Shown here: piece by piece, positions 20,451 to 31,563 of the stretch
Layout of the letters: each line of letters starts with the position of its first letter
How positions within the stretch are numbered: position 1 is the first letter of the stretch
From: a plasmid
Length of the DNA stretch: 64,000 nt
Sequence record: NZ_CP049261.1
Direction: 5' to 3' (one strand)
Position numbers and translations under genes: made by a program
The notes under the pieces: generated by a model
The model's database searches: none
What the model was told of the DNA's origin: nothing
Seen by the model: the letters and a program-made list of their open reading frames with translations, nothing else

Positions 20451-20840
20451 ATGACAGCTCCAGAACTGACGTTTTATGTGGATGATGAAGGAATTTCCGT
20501 TGACCTGGTGTTGTCGGCGTTTGGCGAAAACCCTGTCCAGTGCATAAATCTGGATGCTGATACAGTCGATAAAAAATACCAGGCCGATATTCAATTTCTT
20601 ATTAAGAATCAAAATGCTTTTTTTGAGAAAATCACTGATGAAGCCAGGGAATACTGCCAGCGAGTGTATGGTTGCGCTGCAAAAAATCTTCTCCTGATAA
20701 AAATTTATCTTTCTCCTGAGACGGAAAAAAGCGTTGGATTTATGTTTTCTGTCGATGTGGATCCCGAACACGGATTGGGATTAAAATTCAATGGGTTGCA
20801 GTTGATAAAAACAGGTAGTAGCGAAACGGCATTTTTATAG
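20451..20840 (+). CDS. Hypothetical acidic protein (129 aa) in AT-rich patch, immunity-protein-like
   Basis: AAGAGAAAAG RBS. Codon usage coherent with the neighbouring SUKH gene. The antisense ORF 20379-20771 is rejected. Confidence 0.4.
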   Translation: MTAPELTFYVDDEGISVDLVLSAFGENPVQCINLDADTVDKKYQADIQFLIKNQNAFFEKITDEAREYCQRVYGCAAKNLLLIKIYLSPETEKSVGFMFSVDVDPEHGLGLKFNGLQLIKTGSSETAFL

Positions 20841-20942
20841 TGTTTTAAAGCAATCTGGCGTGAACTTATCTTTAGCTGTCAAGATAAAATCTCTCCTGGT
20901 AGATTGAAAGAGCCAGTCAACATAACTCAGAGAAGGAAAAGT

Positions 20943-21464
20943 ATGCCGGTTTCCTGTGGAAAAATGATTACAGAAGCGGATATCCAGCGCCTGGAAAAAA
21001 CATACTGCATCAGCTTGCCTGAAGATTATAAAACGTTCCTTCTGTTAAATAATGGCTTTGTGGTTAAAAGCCCGGATTATTGTAATTTAGCGTATGGCGG
21101 TGTCGATGAGGGCGCTATTGCGTTTAATGCCCTGTTTGGGTTGGGGACTGAAAATGAATACTGTGATATTGAGTATAATAATGAAGAACTATTCAGTGAA
21201 CTGGATTTTATCGACAGCAAATTAATCATCGGCGACGATCCGGGTGGTAACTATTATTTGATGCTGAATGGAGAACGCCAGCAGGGCATATTTTACTGGG
21301 ACAGAACGCATCTGCATGCTGAAGATATCCTTCAACAGTTTGAGATACCTGAGCAAAATGAGTGCGGCAACCTTTACAGGTTAAGCGATACATTTACGCA
21401 ATTCTATCAAAGCGTTATCGACAATACGCTTGCTCAGGGAATGCAGGTAACGCGTGATCTGTGA
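20943..21464 (+). CDS. SMI1/KNR4 (SUKH-1) family protein, orphan polymorphic-toxin immunity protein
   Basis: ..LPEDYKTFLLLNNGFVV...IIGDDPGGNYYLMLNGERQQGIFYWDRTH.. is typical of SUKH-1. AAGGAAAAG RBS before ATG 20943. Confidence 0.65.
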   Translation: MPVSCGKMITEADIQRLEKTYCISLPEDYKTFLLLNNGFVVKSPDYCNLAYGGVDEGAIAFNALFGLGTENEYCDIEYNNEELFSELDFIDSKLIIGDDPGGNYYLMLNGERQQGIFYWDRTHLHAEDILQQFEIPEQNECGNLYRLSDTFTQFYQSVIDNTLAQGMQVTRDL

Positions 21465-21581
21465 TAGCCATTGCTGACCCCGCTTCGCCATTTTCCGCGC
21501 CAGCGCGCAGCCAGAAATGATACTATCTTACTCATAACGCCCTGTCCCGGCAGGCATAAACACCACCATCAGGAACGCCCT

Positions 21582-21965
21582 ATGAGTAATGATATTCCTA
21601 TCAAGTTTTACGACATCGCTGACGAGTACGCGACGGAAACAGAGTTGCCGGTAAGCGATGCGGAGCGCGACCGCCTGGCGCACTACTTCCAGTTGTTAAT
21701 CACCCGTCTGATGAACAACGAAGAAATCAGCGAAGAAGCGCAGCATGAGATGGCGCGCGAAGCGGGGATCCCTGAAGGGCGTATCGATGAAATCGCCAAC
21801 TTCCTGAATCAGTGGGCAATGAGTAACGCCTCTGCGCTACACAGCCTTTGCGAAAAAAAACGGCCCCTTTACGGGGCCGTTTTTACATTACCGTTTCTGA
21901 TTACACAAAGTGGATGTGCTTCTTGCCATGATGGGGTGAAACCTCAATGCGCGCCTCCACCTTGA
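21582..21965 (+). CDS. Conserved hypothetical protein. The reading frame runs through a hairpin terminator and 65 nt into the convergent ABC ATPase gene.
   Basis: [51 protein letters not shown]... A probable undetected indel near the 3' end. Confidence 0.4.
   Translation: MSNDIPIKFYDIADEYATETELPVSDAERDRLAHYFQLLITRLMNNEEISEEAQHEMAREAGIPEGRIDEIANFLNQWAMSNASALHSLCEKKRPLYGAVFTLPFLITQSGCASCHDGVKPQCAPPP
21855..21890. terminator. Bidirectional rho-independent terminator
   Basis: aaaaaaaacggcccctttacggggccgttttt. Confidence 0.65.
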
Positions 21966-22659
21966 ATACCTCGCGCAGCATCGCCTCCGTCAGCACCTCA
22001 TCCGGCGTGCCGCTCGCCACCACCTGCCCGCCCTGCATCACAATCAGCGCATCGCAAAACATCGCGGCGTGGTTGAGATCGTGCAGCGCCACAATGCTCG
22101 TCACCGGCAGCTCGCTGATGAGGCGCATCAGGTGCATCTGATGATGAATATCGAGATGGTTGGTCGGTTCATCCAGCAAAATCTCGCCGGGCGACTGCGC
22201 CAGCGCGCGGGCGATATGCACGCGCTGCCGCTCGCCGCCGGAAAGATGCTGCCACCCGTCGTCACGACGGTCGAACATATCCACGCGCTCCAGCGCCTGA
22301 CGCACGATCTCGTCATCCTGGTGCGTCCAGGACGAGAGCGGCGAATGGTGCGGAATGCGCCCAAGCTTCACCACGTCGCGCACGCGAATGTTGGCATCGG
22401 TCATCGCGTGTTGTTCAACGAACGCCACGCGCTGCGCCAGCTTTTTCCTGGACAACCGCGCGATGTCGCCATCGTCCAGCAGCACCCGGCCCGCATCCGG
22501 GCGACGAAGCCCGGCGAGAATGCGCAGCAGCGATGATTTCCCGGAGCCGTTCGGCCCGAGCAGGCCAAGCGTTTGTCCGGTTGGCACGCTCAGCGACACG
22601 TTATTCACGATACGCTTTTTACCCGCCGACCAGCTGAGGTTTTCCGCGCGGATGCTCAT
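21901..22659 (-). CDS. Iron-complex (siderophore/haem/B12-type) ABC transporter, ATP-binding protein
   Basis: Walker [21 protein letters not shown] signature. Walker B ILLDEP. FepC/FecE/HmuV-like. 252 aa. Confidence 0.8.
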   Translation of the reverse strand: MSIRAENLSWSAGKKRIVNNVSLSVPTGQTLGLLGPNGSGKSSLLRILAGLRRPDAGRVLLDDGDIARLSRKKLAQRVAFVEQHAMTDANIRVRDVVKLGRIPHHSPLSSWTHQDDEIVRQALERVDMFDRRDDGWQHLSGGERQRVHIARALAQSPGEILLDEPTNHLDIHHQMHLMRLISELPVTSIVALHDLNHAAMFCDALIVMQGGQVVASGTPDEVLTEAMLREVFKVEARIEVSPHHGKKHIHFV

Positions 22660-22717
22660 GAGAATCTCCTTGAGCGATACAGGATCACCGCAAAGAACGG
22701 TACGCCAACCAGCGCAG

Positions 22718-23695
22718 TCACCACCCCACCGGCAGGCTCTGCGGCGCTATCAGCGTGCGCGAGGCGATATCCGCCAGCACCATCAGGATGGCGCCCATCA
22801 TCGCGCAGGCGATCAGTAACCGGCGATGCAGCGGCCCGAAGAAATAGCGCATCACGTGCGGCACCACCAGTCCGACAAAACCAATCGAGCCCGCCATACT
22901 GACGATAGCCGCCGTCATCAGCGCCGTTACCGCAAAGAGGATCAGGCGCACGTAACCGACTGGAATGCCGAGTGAGGCCGCCGCGTCATCGCCAAAGGTA
23001 AAGGCGTCCAGCGCTTTGGCGTGCCACAGGCAGACCGCCAGCCCAATGACGACCACCGCCAGCACCAGCTGAAATTCCGGCCAGCGCACGCCGCTGAAGC
23101 TGCCGAGCAGCCAGAACATCACGTCGCGCGCCTGCTGGGCGCTGGCGGCGGTACTGATGGTATAGGCGGTGATGGCGTTGAAAAGCTGAGAAGCGGCGAC
23201 CCCTGCGAGGATCGTACGCTCATTGCCGCCGCGCGCGCCGTTGGTCAGCAGTGCGACGAACGCGAACGCGGCGAACGCCCCGGTAAACGCGCCCACAGAG
23301 AGCGACACCGCCCCGCTGCCGATGCCGAGTACGACGATCGACACCGCGCCGGTCGACGCCCCGGCGGAGACGCCGAGCACGTAAGGTTCCGCCAGCGCGT
23401 TTTTCAGCAGGCTTTGCAGCACCGCGCCGCAAATGGCGAGGCCCGCGCCGCTGCACGCGGCCACCAGCGCCCGGCTGAGACGAAAATCCCAGATAACCGT
23501 TTCATGGATGCGGTTAAGCGGAACGGCGGTCAGCCCGAGTTTGTTAGTCACCGCTGCAAAGGTGGTTTGCAGCGGAATGGAGAGTTCGCCGATGCCCACG
23601 CTCAGCGCGATCACCAACGCGAGCACGACGACAGAGAGCGCCAGCAATATGAACGACGGCAGACGCCGGGTGACGGTTAAAGAGACCTCCGCCAT
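22718..23695 (-). CDS. Iron-complex ABC transporter permease (FecCD family)
   Basis: 325 aa, about 9 TM segments, FecCD/BtuC-like sequence. Its start overlaps the stop of the binding-protein gene by one base. Confidence 0.8.
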   Translation of the reverse strand: MAEVSLTVTRRLPSFILLALSVVVLALVIALSVGIGELSIPLQTTFAAVTNKLGLTAVPLNRIHETVIWDFRLSRALVAACSGAGLAICGAVLQSLLKNALAEPYVLGVSAGASTGAVSIVVLGIGSGAVSLSVGAFTGAFAAFAFVALLTNGARGGNERTILAGVAASQLFNAITAYTISTAASAQQARDVMFWLLGSFSGVRWPEFQLVLAVVVIGLAVCLWHAKALDAFTFGDDAAASLGIPVGYVRLILFAVTALMTAAIVSMAGSIGFVGLVVPHVMRYFFGPLHRRLLIACAMMGAILMVLADIASRTLIAPQSLPVGW

Positions 23696-24710
23696 CAGTT
23701 CAGCCCGAGCTTCTCAAGCTGCGCCGCCACCTGCTCCGCGCCGTAGAGCGTGCGGATGGTCGGATTCATCGCCTGGCCATCCATCACCACGATATGCCCT
23801 TTTTCACGGCGTCGAGCTGGCTGACCGCCGGATCGGTTTTCAGGAACTGGATTTTGGCGTCGGCGTTATCCAGCGCCCAGCGGTTGCGGTCAAGGCTTGA
23901 AACGACGATCACATCCGGGTTGGTGGCGATGATGCTCTCCCAGCTGAGCGTCGGCCACTCGCTTTCTGACGTGACGGCATTGTGGCCGCCGAGCAGATGC
24001 GCGATGTAACCCGAAGCGCCGTTTTTGCCGCCGACGTAGGCGTCAGAGGAAGGCGACGCGCTGGAGAACCAGAAGAGATACGACAGGTTTTTATGATTTT
24101 TGCCGAATTTTTCTTTCAGGGCCGCTTCGCGCGCTTTGAAATCTTTGGTGAGCGCCTCACCGCGCGCTTCGACGTTGAAAATCTTCGCCAGATCGTCGAT
24201 TTCTTTATAGAGGTACGTCATATCCCACAGCTGGCTGCGGCTGCCGTAGATATCGCCGGTGTTTTTCTTCGTAACGCAGACACCAGGTGAGAGATAGCTG
24301 TTGATACCCACCGCCGCGAAATCTTCACGCTTCGCCACTTTACTGTCCGGGCCTAACAGCAGCGGGATCTGCGCGGCGACAAAATCGGGGTTCTGCGCGA
24401 GGATTGACTCAAGCGTCGGGATTTCAACCGTCAGCAGTTTGACCTTTTCATTTTGCTTCGCGAGCTGCGGCAACACTTTTGTCGGCCAGAAGGCGCTGGC
24501 GGCCATTTTGTCTTCAAGGCCCAGCAGCAGCATGATTTCGGCGGTGTTCTGCCCGAGCGCCACCATGCGCTCCGGCGCTTTTGTAAAGGTGACTTTCATG
24601 CCGCAGTTATCAAGGGTCAGCGGGTATTGTGTGGCAAGAACAGGTTCCGAAGCGGCGCAGAGCAGGCAGAGCGCCAGCGCGTGTTTTACTAAAGCATTCA
24701 TCAACATCAA
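23695..24710 (-). CDS. Iron-complex ABC transporter periplasmic binding protein (cluster A/TroA-like). C-terminal frameshift near 23800.
   Basis: Signal peptide. The ORF stops prematurely at ..AVKKGISW. The -1 frame continues ..GHIVVMDGQAMNPTIRTLYGAEQVAAQLEKLGLN to a TGA at 23695-23697. Confidence 0.65.
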
Positions 24711-24940
24711 CCTTAACGTGTTTTATCGCCGCGTGCCGCACGGGAATGGTTACGGGCCGGACAAATTAGAATTTGTATTATGCAAATGAAAATCATTCTT
24801 AAGAGGAGGTCTTATACCGGGGCGCCTGCGGGAAGTCAATATCGTCTCGTTGACGGTTTTCGGCAGGCGAAAGTTGCCAGAGACGGCGCAAATATGTTTT
24901 AAGAGAGCCCTCACTTTTTCTGAACAGTTATGCGGTTTTC

Positions 24941-26174
24941 ATGTCCACTCATGCACCCCATGCCGCAAGGCATACTTCTCCTTATCTGCTCTCCGCCAGC
25001 CAGCTGGTATTTAACATCGGTTTTTACGCGGTGGTGCCGTTCCTGGCGATTTATCTGCGCGATGACATGCTGCTCTCCGGTGGCTTATCGGCACTATCAT
25101 CGGGCTGCGCACGTTTTCACAACAGGGCATGTTTCTGCTGGGCGGCGCGCTTTCCGACCGCTACGGCGCGCGCGCCATTATCCTGTGCGGCTGTGTGGTG
25201 CGAATTACGGGCTATCTGCTGCTGGCGCTGGGCGGCTCGCTGTGGGCGGTGGTACTCGGCGCGTGTCTGACGGGCGTTGGCGGCGCGCTGTTTTCGCCGT
25301 CGATTGAATCGCTGCTGGCGCAGGCCGGCACGCGCAGCGAAGCGGAAGGCAAGCGCAGCCGCGCCGAGTGGTTCGCGCTCTTTGCCGTCTGTGGCGAACT
25401 GGGCGCGGTGCTCGGCCCGGTCCTTGGCTCGCTGATGGCCGGGTTTGGTTTTAAAACGATGGCGCTCGCGGGTGCGGGCGTATTTATTGTCGCGCTGGTG
25501 GCGCTGTTTATACTGCTGCCGCGCACGCCGCATCGCGACGGCCCGCTGCAGATTGTTCCCTGGTGGCAGACCTTTCATCAGCCGCGCTTTGTCGCGTTTA
25601 TCCTCGCCTACAGCGCGTATCTTTACAGCTATAACCAGCTCTATCTGGCGCTGCCGGTGGAGCTGCGCCGCTCCGGCAGCAGCGATGCCGCGCTCGGGCC
25701 GCTCTTTATTCTCGCCTCGCTGTTGATTATCACGTTGCAACTGCCGCTCGCGCGGATCTCGCGCCGTTTCGGGCGGCGCGTATGTTACCGCTCGGTTTCG
25801 GGCTGCTGGCGGCCTCGTTTGTCAGCGTGGCGCTGTTTGCCCCGCTCCCGCCTTTCGCGGGCTGGCTGCGGCTGTTGCCTGCAGCATGTATGGTGACGCT
25901 CCTGACGCTGGGTCAGATGATTATCGTTCCGGTGGGGATGGATCTGGTTCCGCGTTTCGCCGCGGGCCGTAATCTCGGCGCGCACTACGGCGCGCTGGCC
26001 TCGATGGGCGGCGTGGCGGTGCTGGCCGGTAATTTTCTGCTGGGCGACGCGCTGGATAACGCGCTGACGCCCGGCCCGCAGGCGGCGGTGCCGTGGCTGC
26101 TGCTGGCGGTCTTTCCGTTGTGCAGCGCGCTGGCGATGGCCGTGCTGTGTCGCTTCTACGCACCGAAGGGCTAA
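24941..26174 (+). CDS. MFS transporter interrupted by two frameshifts (about 25085 and 25780)
   Basis: The three consecutive ORF pieces 24941-25270, 25129-25896 and 25782-26174 together give a 12-TM MFS protein. Confidence 0.6.
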
Positions 26175-27468
26175 GGGGCAGTCGGGAGAAGGAATATTAC
26201 CCGATGAGTGACATTGTCACGTTTTAAACGGTTCCGTGGGCTGTTCACCCGCTATGGCGGCGGGGAAACCACACAACGGCTGGCTTCTTTGAATGCTATG
26301 TGTGCACTACGGTTACGCGTTAGCGGAACAGGTCAAACGGTAACTTATCTTTAACAAAATTAATCTATCGCTGCACACGCCAGTGTGCAGCGTCGGCTGC
26401 CTGAAGAGAACGTTCAGGTGCAAATTATCAGGCCAGTTATCATCCACAAGGCGCGCCGGGATCCCAGGACGTGACCGTTGGGAGTGACGGATCGCAGCGC
26501 ATAAACACACACCATGCCAGGCGTTGATACCTGCCGTCTCCCTTTACTTTTTATGAATGGTTAAAAACAGCAGAATAATATTAGAAACGCTTAAGAATTT
26601 TCTTGGTTTCTGAAACCGGTCTCATCATAAAATCCTCACATGTCTTTATTTTTGTGTTTTTTCATCAGGCTTACCTTTAGTGATACTTTCCTTACAATAT
26701 CTCCATACTTTTTTAAATAAGATGGCAAGATATAACCTTTTCAATAAGTTCTAAAACTGTGTTTTAAATAAAAGGAATAATGGGTGAGGTAATAAAAGCC
26801 GTACGCTATTTCACCACGGTGATTAAAGAAGATACAGATAAGTGGGTGAAAAAAGGAGATTTAATGAGAGATCGGAAGCGTCATCGGCCCTGATAACGCT
26901 TCCGGGAGAGTGTTTAACGGCGCTTGCCGCCGCGTGAAGGCAGCGTACGCGATTTCACCAGAACAGTATGCTTATAAAAAGCATAGCCGATGATGACAAC
27001 CAAAAAGACGATCAATGCTATGGTCATTTTGACGATAACCTTCCTGATGGTGCGACTATTTTAATAATGACGGTATATCATACATGAATCTATATTACAG
27101 ATGCATCTTTATTATTTTCAGGGCTGTTTAGTCTGCGTTTAATAATATTCTGTGGCGCAATCCATTATCAATAGCACGTTAAACCGGCGCAGGTTTTATC
27201 CCGAGGTTATTTGTTATGCACGTCCATGTTGGTGAAAAAAACGCCCGCTGATTTACGCTACCATAACCCCTGTATTCGGTTGTCATAGCAAAAACGGATG
27301 ATCCGCTGTTTCCGCCCTTTCTGTTCTCCTCCACATACCACCTCTGCAGATTGCTACTTATTAAAATGTACCTTTGAAAAAGTAGCTTTACCGAAAAGCA
27401 CGCTTAAGGGGATAATCCTGCTACTTTTTACGAGGCGCAACATCGCGGCTGCGTGCGTTTACGAGGGG
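26175..27468. other. ORF-free, strongly AT-rich left border of the integrase island (probable attachment-site region, H-NS-type DNA)
   Basis: No ORF over 65 aa and none with an RBS. GC drops to about 35-40% between 26520 and 27300. Confidence 0.4.
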
Positions 27469-28445
27469 ATGATGACGGAACTGCCTGACGACAATCTGCT
27501 GCCTGGCGCTTTTTCAGGTCTCGATCCCCATGCGCTGTCAGTGGGTGACGAGGCGCTGCCCCTCAACCCGGCGATGGCATATCTTTTAAGCCTGCCTTCC
27601 GCCGCGAGCCGCCAGACCATGCGATCCTTCCTGCATATCGTCGCAGGCATGCTCGGTGCTCGCGCGTTGCAGCACTGCCCCTGGGGCAGCCTGCGCCGCC
27701 ATCATGTGCAAGGACTGCTGGAGATGCTTTCGGCTTCCGGGCGCGCACCTGCCACCATCAATACCTATCTGTCTGCCCTGAAAGGCACCGCCCGCGAGGC
27801 GTGGATGATGAAGCTGATGGACACCGACAGCTATCAGCAAATCCTTGCCGTGCGGGCGGTACGCGGCAGTCGTCTCACCCGCGGGCGTGCATTAACTCCG
27901 GAAGAAGTGCGCGCGCTGTTTTCGCTCTGCGAGCAGGACAAAAGCTGTAAAGGCCCGCGCGACGCGGCGATGCTGGCGGTAATGCTGGGCTGCGGACTGC
28001 GCCGTTCGGAAGTGGTCGGGCTGGATTATGCGAGCATTCTTGAGCAGGACCAGGCGCTGCGCGTGCTCGGCAAAGGAAACAAAGAGCGGCTGGCATTTAT
28101 GCCGGACACCGTCTGGCAGCGGCTCCGGCACTGGACTGACAGCGTACGCGGCGAATACCCCGGCCCGCTCTTCACCCGCATCCGCGCGGGTGACGATGTC
28201 ACGTCTGAGCGCCTGACCCACAGGCGGTGTATCATATTCTGAACGAACGCCGTATGCAGTGCGGCATTGATAACTGCGCACCGCACGATCTTCGCCGCAC
28301 GTTCGCTTCCATGATGCTCGATAACGGCGAAGATCTGATAACGGTACGCGACGCAATGGGCCATGCCAGCGTCACGACAACACAAAAATATGACCGCCGT
28401 GGCGATGCCCGCCTGCGCCGCGCGGCAGGCAAAATTAAGCTTTAA
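27469..28445 (+). CDS. int: Tyrosine site-specific recombinase (phage integrase family). Frameshift at the CCC run near 28216.
   Basis: GAGGGG RBS. Core-binding and catalytic domains. The C-terminal ..HDLRRTFASMMLDNGEDLITVRDAMGHASVTTTQKYDRR.. carries the R..H-x-x-R...Y catalytic residues in the second frame. Confidence 0.7.
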
Positions 28446-28538
28446 AAAGCGGTTAACGGCCCATTGCGTGGCCCGGCAAAATGTTACGCTCACCATCATC
28501 GTTCAACACTTTCTCAACTTCCAAAACCAGGGACAGGT

Positions 28539-29760
28539 ATGGTTTCAACACTGACATGGATTGACCACGACAGCCGCGCGCGTGAACGCACACTTCGCAT
28601 CCTCGCACAGTTTCAGGAAAAAGAGAGCCGGGATGAACTCGGCATCGGCACGGTGCGTGATAGCCTCGCGGACTTACTTTTTCCCGGTACCAGCACCATC
28701 CAGACACGGCTGCGTTACATGCTCTTCGTTCCCTGGATTTACCGGGCGCTGGAAGACAAAAAAGTGACTGCCGCGCAGTTTGCCGGCGCGGCGGATAAGC
28801 ACGAAAGAGAACTGGTCAGACGGCTCCAGACGGCCGATGACCATCACGGGATGTTCGGTAAAAATGCCGGTGGAGATATTAAACGTCTGCCCAGCTCCGT
28901 TTACTGGGCTGGTCTTGGTGCCTGGCACATTCGGCTTACACCTTTTTCTCAGGGCCAGTATCACCAGCGGATCGATGAGACCTATCGCCAGAAGCGCCGC
29001 ATTGCACGCCAGCAGCGTCACGCCCGCGATCGCGCGGATGATCCGATACCGAACCCGACAACGTGCATAACTGGCATCCGCGATTACCGGCGACGCCTGC
29101 TGACTTTCCTGAAAAGGTGACGTTCCTGCTCACTCGCGATGAGGCTGAGTTCATCCGCGACCGTCTCCAGGCGGCATGTCCGCATAGCCTGCTGGCCTTT
29201 CTGGCCTTACAGGACGATAAGCCGACAGGCGCGTATCCCTGGGAGTATGCCAATAGCGGTCGCTTTTCCGCGACACATCAGACGATCCTTCACCATGCAC
29301 GCCTTTTCTCGGAAGTCATGCATGGCGCGGCGCTCTCCTATAACTACCAGCTTGCCGAAAAGATCGAGCGTGAGGGCTGCGTGAACTGCATGAAGAGAAT
29401 TTCCAGGAATGGCGCAATGCTCTGCCGCTTGCGGAGATTGCACGCTGGAACATAAACGAGTTGTGGGCGCTTACTCACCGGGAAGGCCATCAGATAGCTC
29501 CGCAGACACGCCATTTTATCGAATCCTGGGTGCGGTATCTTCGCACGACGCCAGACGCGCTTCTGAAGGGCGATGCCAGCGCGCTGATTCAGTATCGTGA
29601 ACAAAAATTAAAAGGACCGCGCTCGCGGTTCACTAACAAGCGCGCGCAGGAGCAATGGCGCGGTCACTCGGGTACGAGACGGATCAATTATCGCTGGAAT
29701 ACCGTTAAAACGTTGCTCGCTGATTTGCACCAGGGGCTGTGTCAGGAGGCGGTATGCTGA
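28539..29760 (+). CDS. Unknown-function protein, first gene of the candidate three-gene defence operon. Two frameshifts (about 29060-29120 and 29400-29460).
   Basis: Three consecutive frames, 28464-29120, 29063-29455 and 29461-29760, form a protein of about 405 aa. MVSTLTWIDHDSRARERTLRILAQFQEKESRDELGIGTVRDSLADLLFPGTSTIQTRLRYMLFVPWIY... No domain recognised from memory. Confidence 0.45.
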
Positions 29761-31563
29761 GCCCGGATGCAAGAAGCCTCTATACCGCCGCGCTGACGCC
29801 ACCGCCGGGTATGCGTTTTGATGAAGCGCTGGCCACGACATTTTCACTGGATCCTACCTGTCTGCTCGAAGCGCCGGTGCATCTTGCACTGATGTCCATG
29901 GAAAACCAGGCGGAACAGGACGGCCTTGCCATGCTTGAATCCCTGCGACGTTATGCCGGACGCATGACGGTCTATGTTCAGCGCGGACGCATTCAGTTGC
30001 CTGCCATAGTGCGACCCAATCCGTTATTTAGTCTGCTTGAGCCGATGATTGTCGAAGTGAGCGCGCCCAACGGCGGTGTGTTTCACCCCAAAATCTGGGT
30101 GTTGCGTTTTGTCGCTCCGGTCAGGACACGGTGATGTACCGCCTGTTGGTGCTGACCCGCAATATAACGACCGATCGCTCGTGGGATCTTTCGCTGCAGC
30201 TTGAAGGCGTCATGGGGCGCAAAAAAAGGCCGGTGAATAAGCCGCTGGCTTATCTGCTGCGCCTGCTGCCGGGTCTCGCGAGCAGAGGCATTGCAGATGA
30301 GAAAACGATGCAGGCGCAGCGAATTGCTGATGAGCTTTATCGCGTTGAATGGGAGTTACCGGCAGGTTTTCAGGAGATGGCGTTTTATCTGCCGGGTATT
30401 AAGGCATTTAACTGGATCCCGCCTGCCTCACTGCGCATGGCTGTCATTTCACCGTTTTGTTCCGATGAGGCGCTGAACGCGCTGGTACAAACGACACAGC
30501 GTGCCGAGGCGTTGATTTCCCGACCGGAGGCGCTGGCAGCGTTAAAACCCGCCACGCGGGAGGCGTTCACGCAGTGCTCTCATTTAGACGATGCTGCGGA
30601 AACCGACGATGGTGAAGACACAGACGCTGTCGATATGGCGGCATCGCTCGCGACGGGCCTGCACGCCAAAGCGTATCTTTTTGAAACCCAATATTATTCT
30701 TTATATACGCACCTCGTAATGGGCTCTGCCAACGCGACTAATGCCGCGCTAAAAGCTGCCAGAAATATTGAGCTGCTGGTCGAGCTAAAGGGTCGTCAGC
30801 GCGATATCGGCGGCATCGATACGTTGCTTGACAAAGAGGGATGGGCGAATACCTGGTGGATTTTCAGGCAGATGAGTTACCGCCGGTGGATGCAAGCGCC
30901 CAGGCTGCCGCGCAGGCGCTGGAACACGCCAGAGCACAACTGGCCGCGTTGCCGCTGTCGCTTACCTGCGATCCGGTGGACGATGAGCAATGGCGGCTCA
31001 CGCTGGAGGGCGTTTTGCCGAAGTTTAAAGGTGTTGCGACGCTCAAGGCGTGGCCGGTCACGCTCATTGGCGAACATGCGGTTTTATTGCCGACAGAAGG
31101 CGCTGACGGCCCTTTCCCCTCGGGCAGTTTTCGCTGCGGGCTGTCACCGGGCTGACGGCGTTTGAGCTCACTACCCGCGAGCCCGCATTGTGCGTCCGGT
31201 TTGTGCTTAATCTGCCCGTGACGGGCATGCCTTCAGAGCGCAACGCGGCTATTCTGCAAAGCGTTATCAGCAACCCTGACGGCTTTCTGCGTTATCTGCT
31301 GTTATTGCTGGATCAGGATGACCCGCACTGCCGCTACAGGAAAAGTACAGAGTCGCTGCCGGGTGGCTGGCCCGTCTTGCCGATGGCGAGGATTTTCCTC
31401 TGCTGGAAATGCTGACACGCGCCGCCAGCCGCACGCCAGAACGTTTAAAAGAAATCGCGTCGCTTATCGGTGAGCTGCGCCAGGGAAACCGGAACGCGGT
31501 GATCCCGGAGGATTTTCTGGCGCTCTGGACGGTATTTGAAGCCGCCATGGAGGACGCGAATGT
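29754..31563 (+). CDS. Phospholipase-D-family nuclease with two HKD motifs. Several frameshifts.
   Basis: AGGAGG RBS. ATGCTGA overlap with the upstream stop. First HKD is GGVFHPKIWVLRF. Second is GLHAKAYLFE...HLVMGSANATNAAL. The C-terminal pieces at 30841-31155, 31188-31415 and the final frame end at TGA 31561-31563. Confidence 0.6.

Noticed and set aside
20379-20771. 130-aa minus-strand ORF overlapping the 20451-20840 gene
   Set aside because: The plus-strand frame has an RBS and coherent codon usage with the adjacent SUKH gene. The minus frame is Phe/Ile-rich, as expected from the AT bias.
22069-23680. Plus-strand ORFs of 155, 154 and 219 aa over the ABC ATPase and permease
   Set aside because: Antisense to a coherent ABC operon. 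Translations are Arg/His-rich nonsense.
26313-26510. 65-aa minus-strand ORF in the island border
   Set aside because: No RBS. It sits in AT-rich non-coding DNA. Composition is unlike neighbouring genes.
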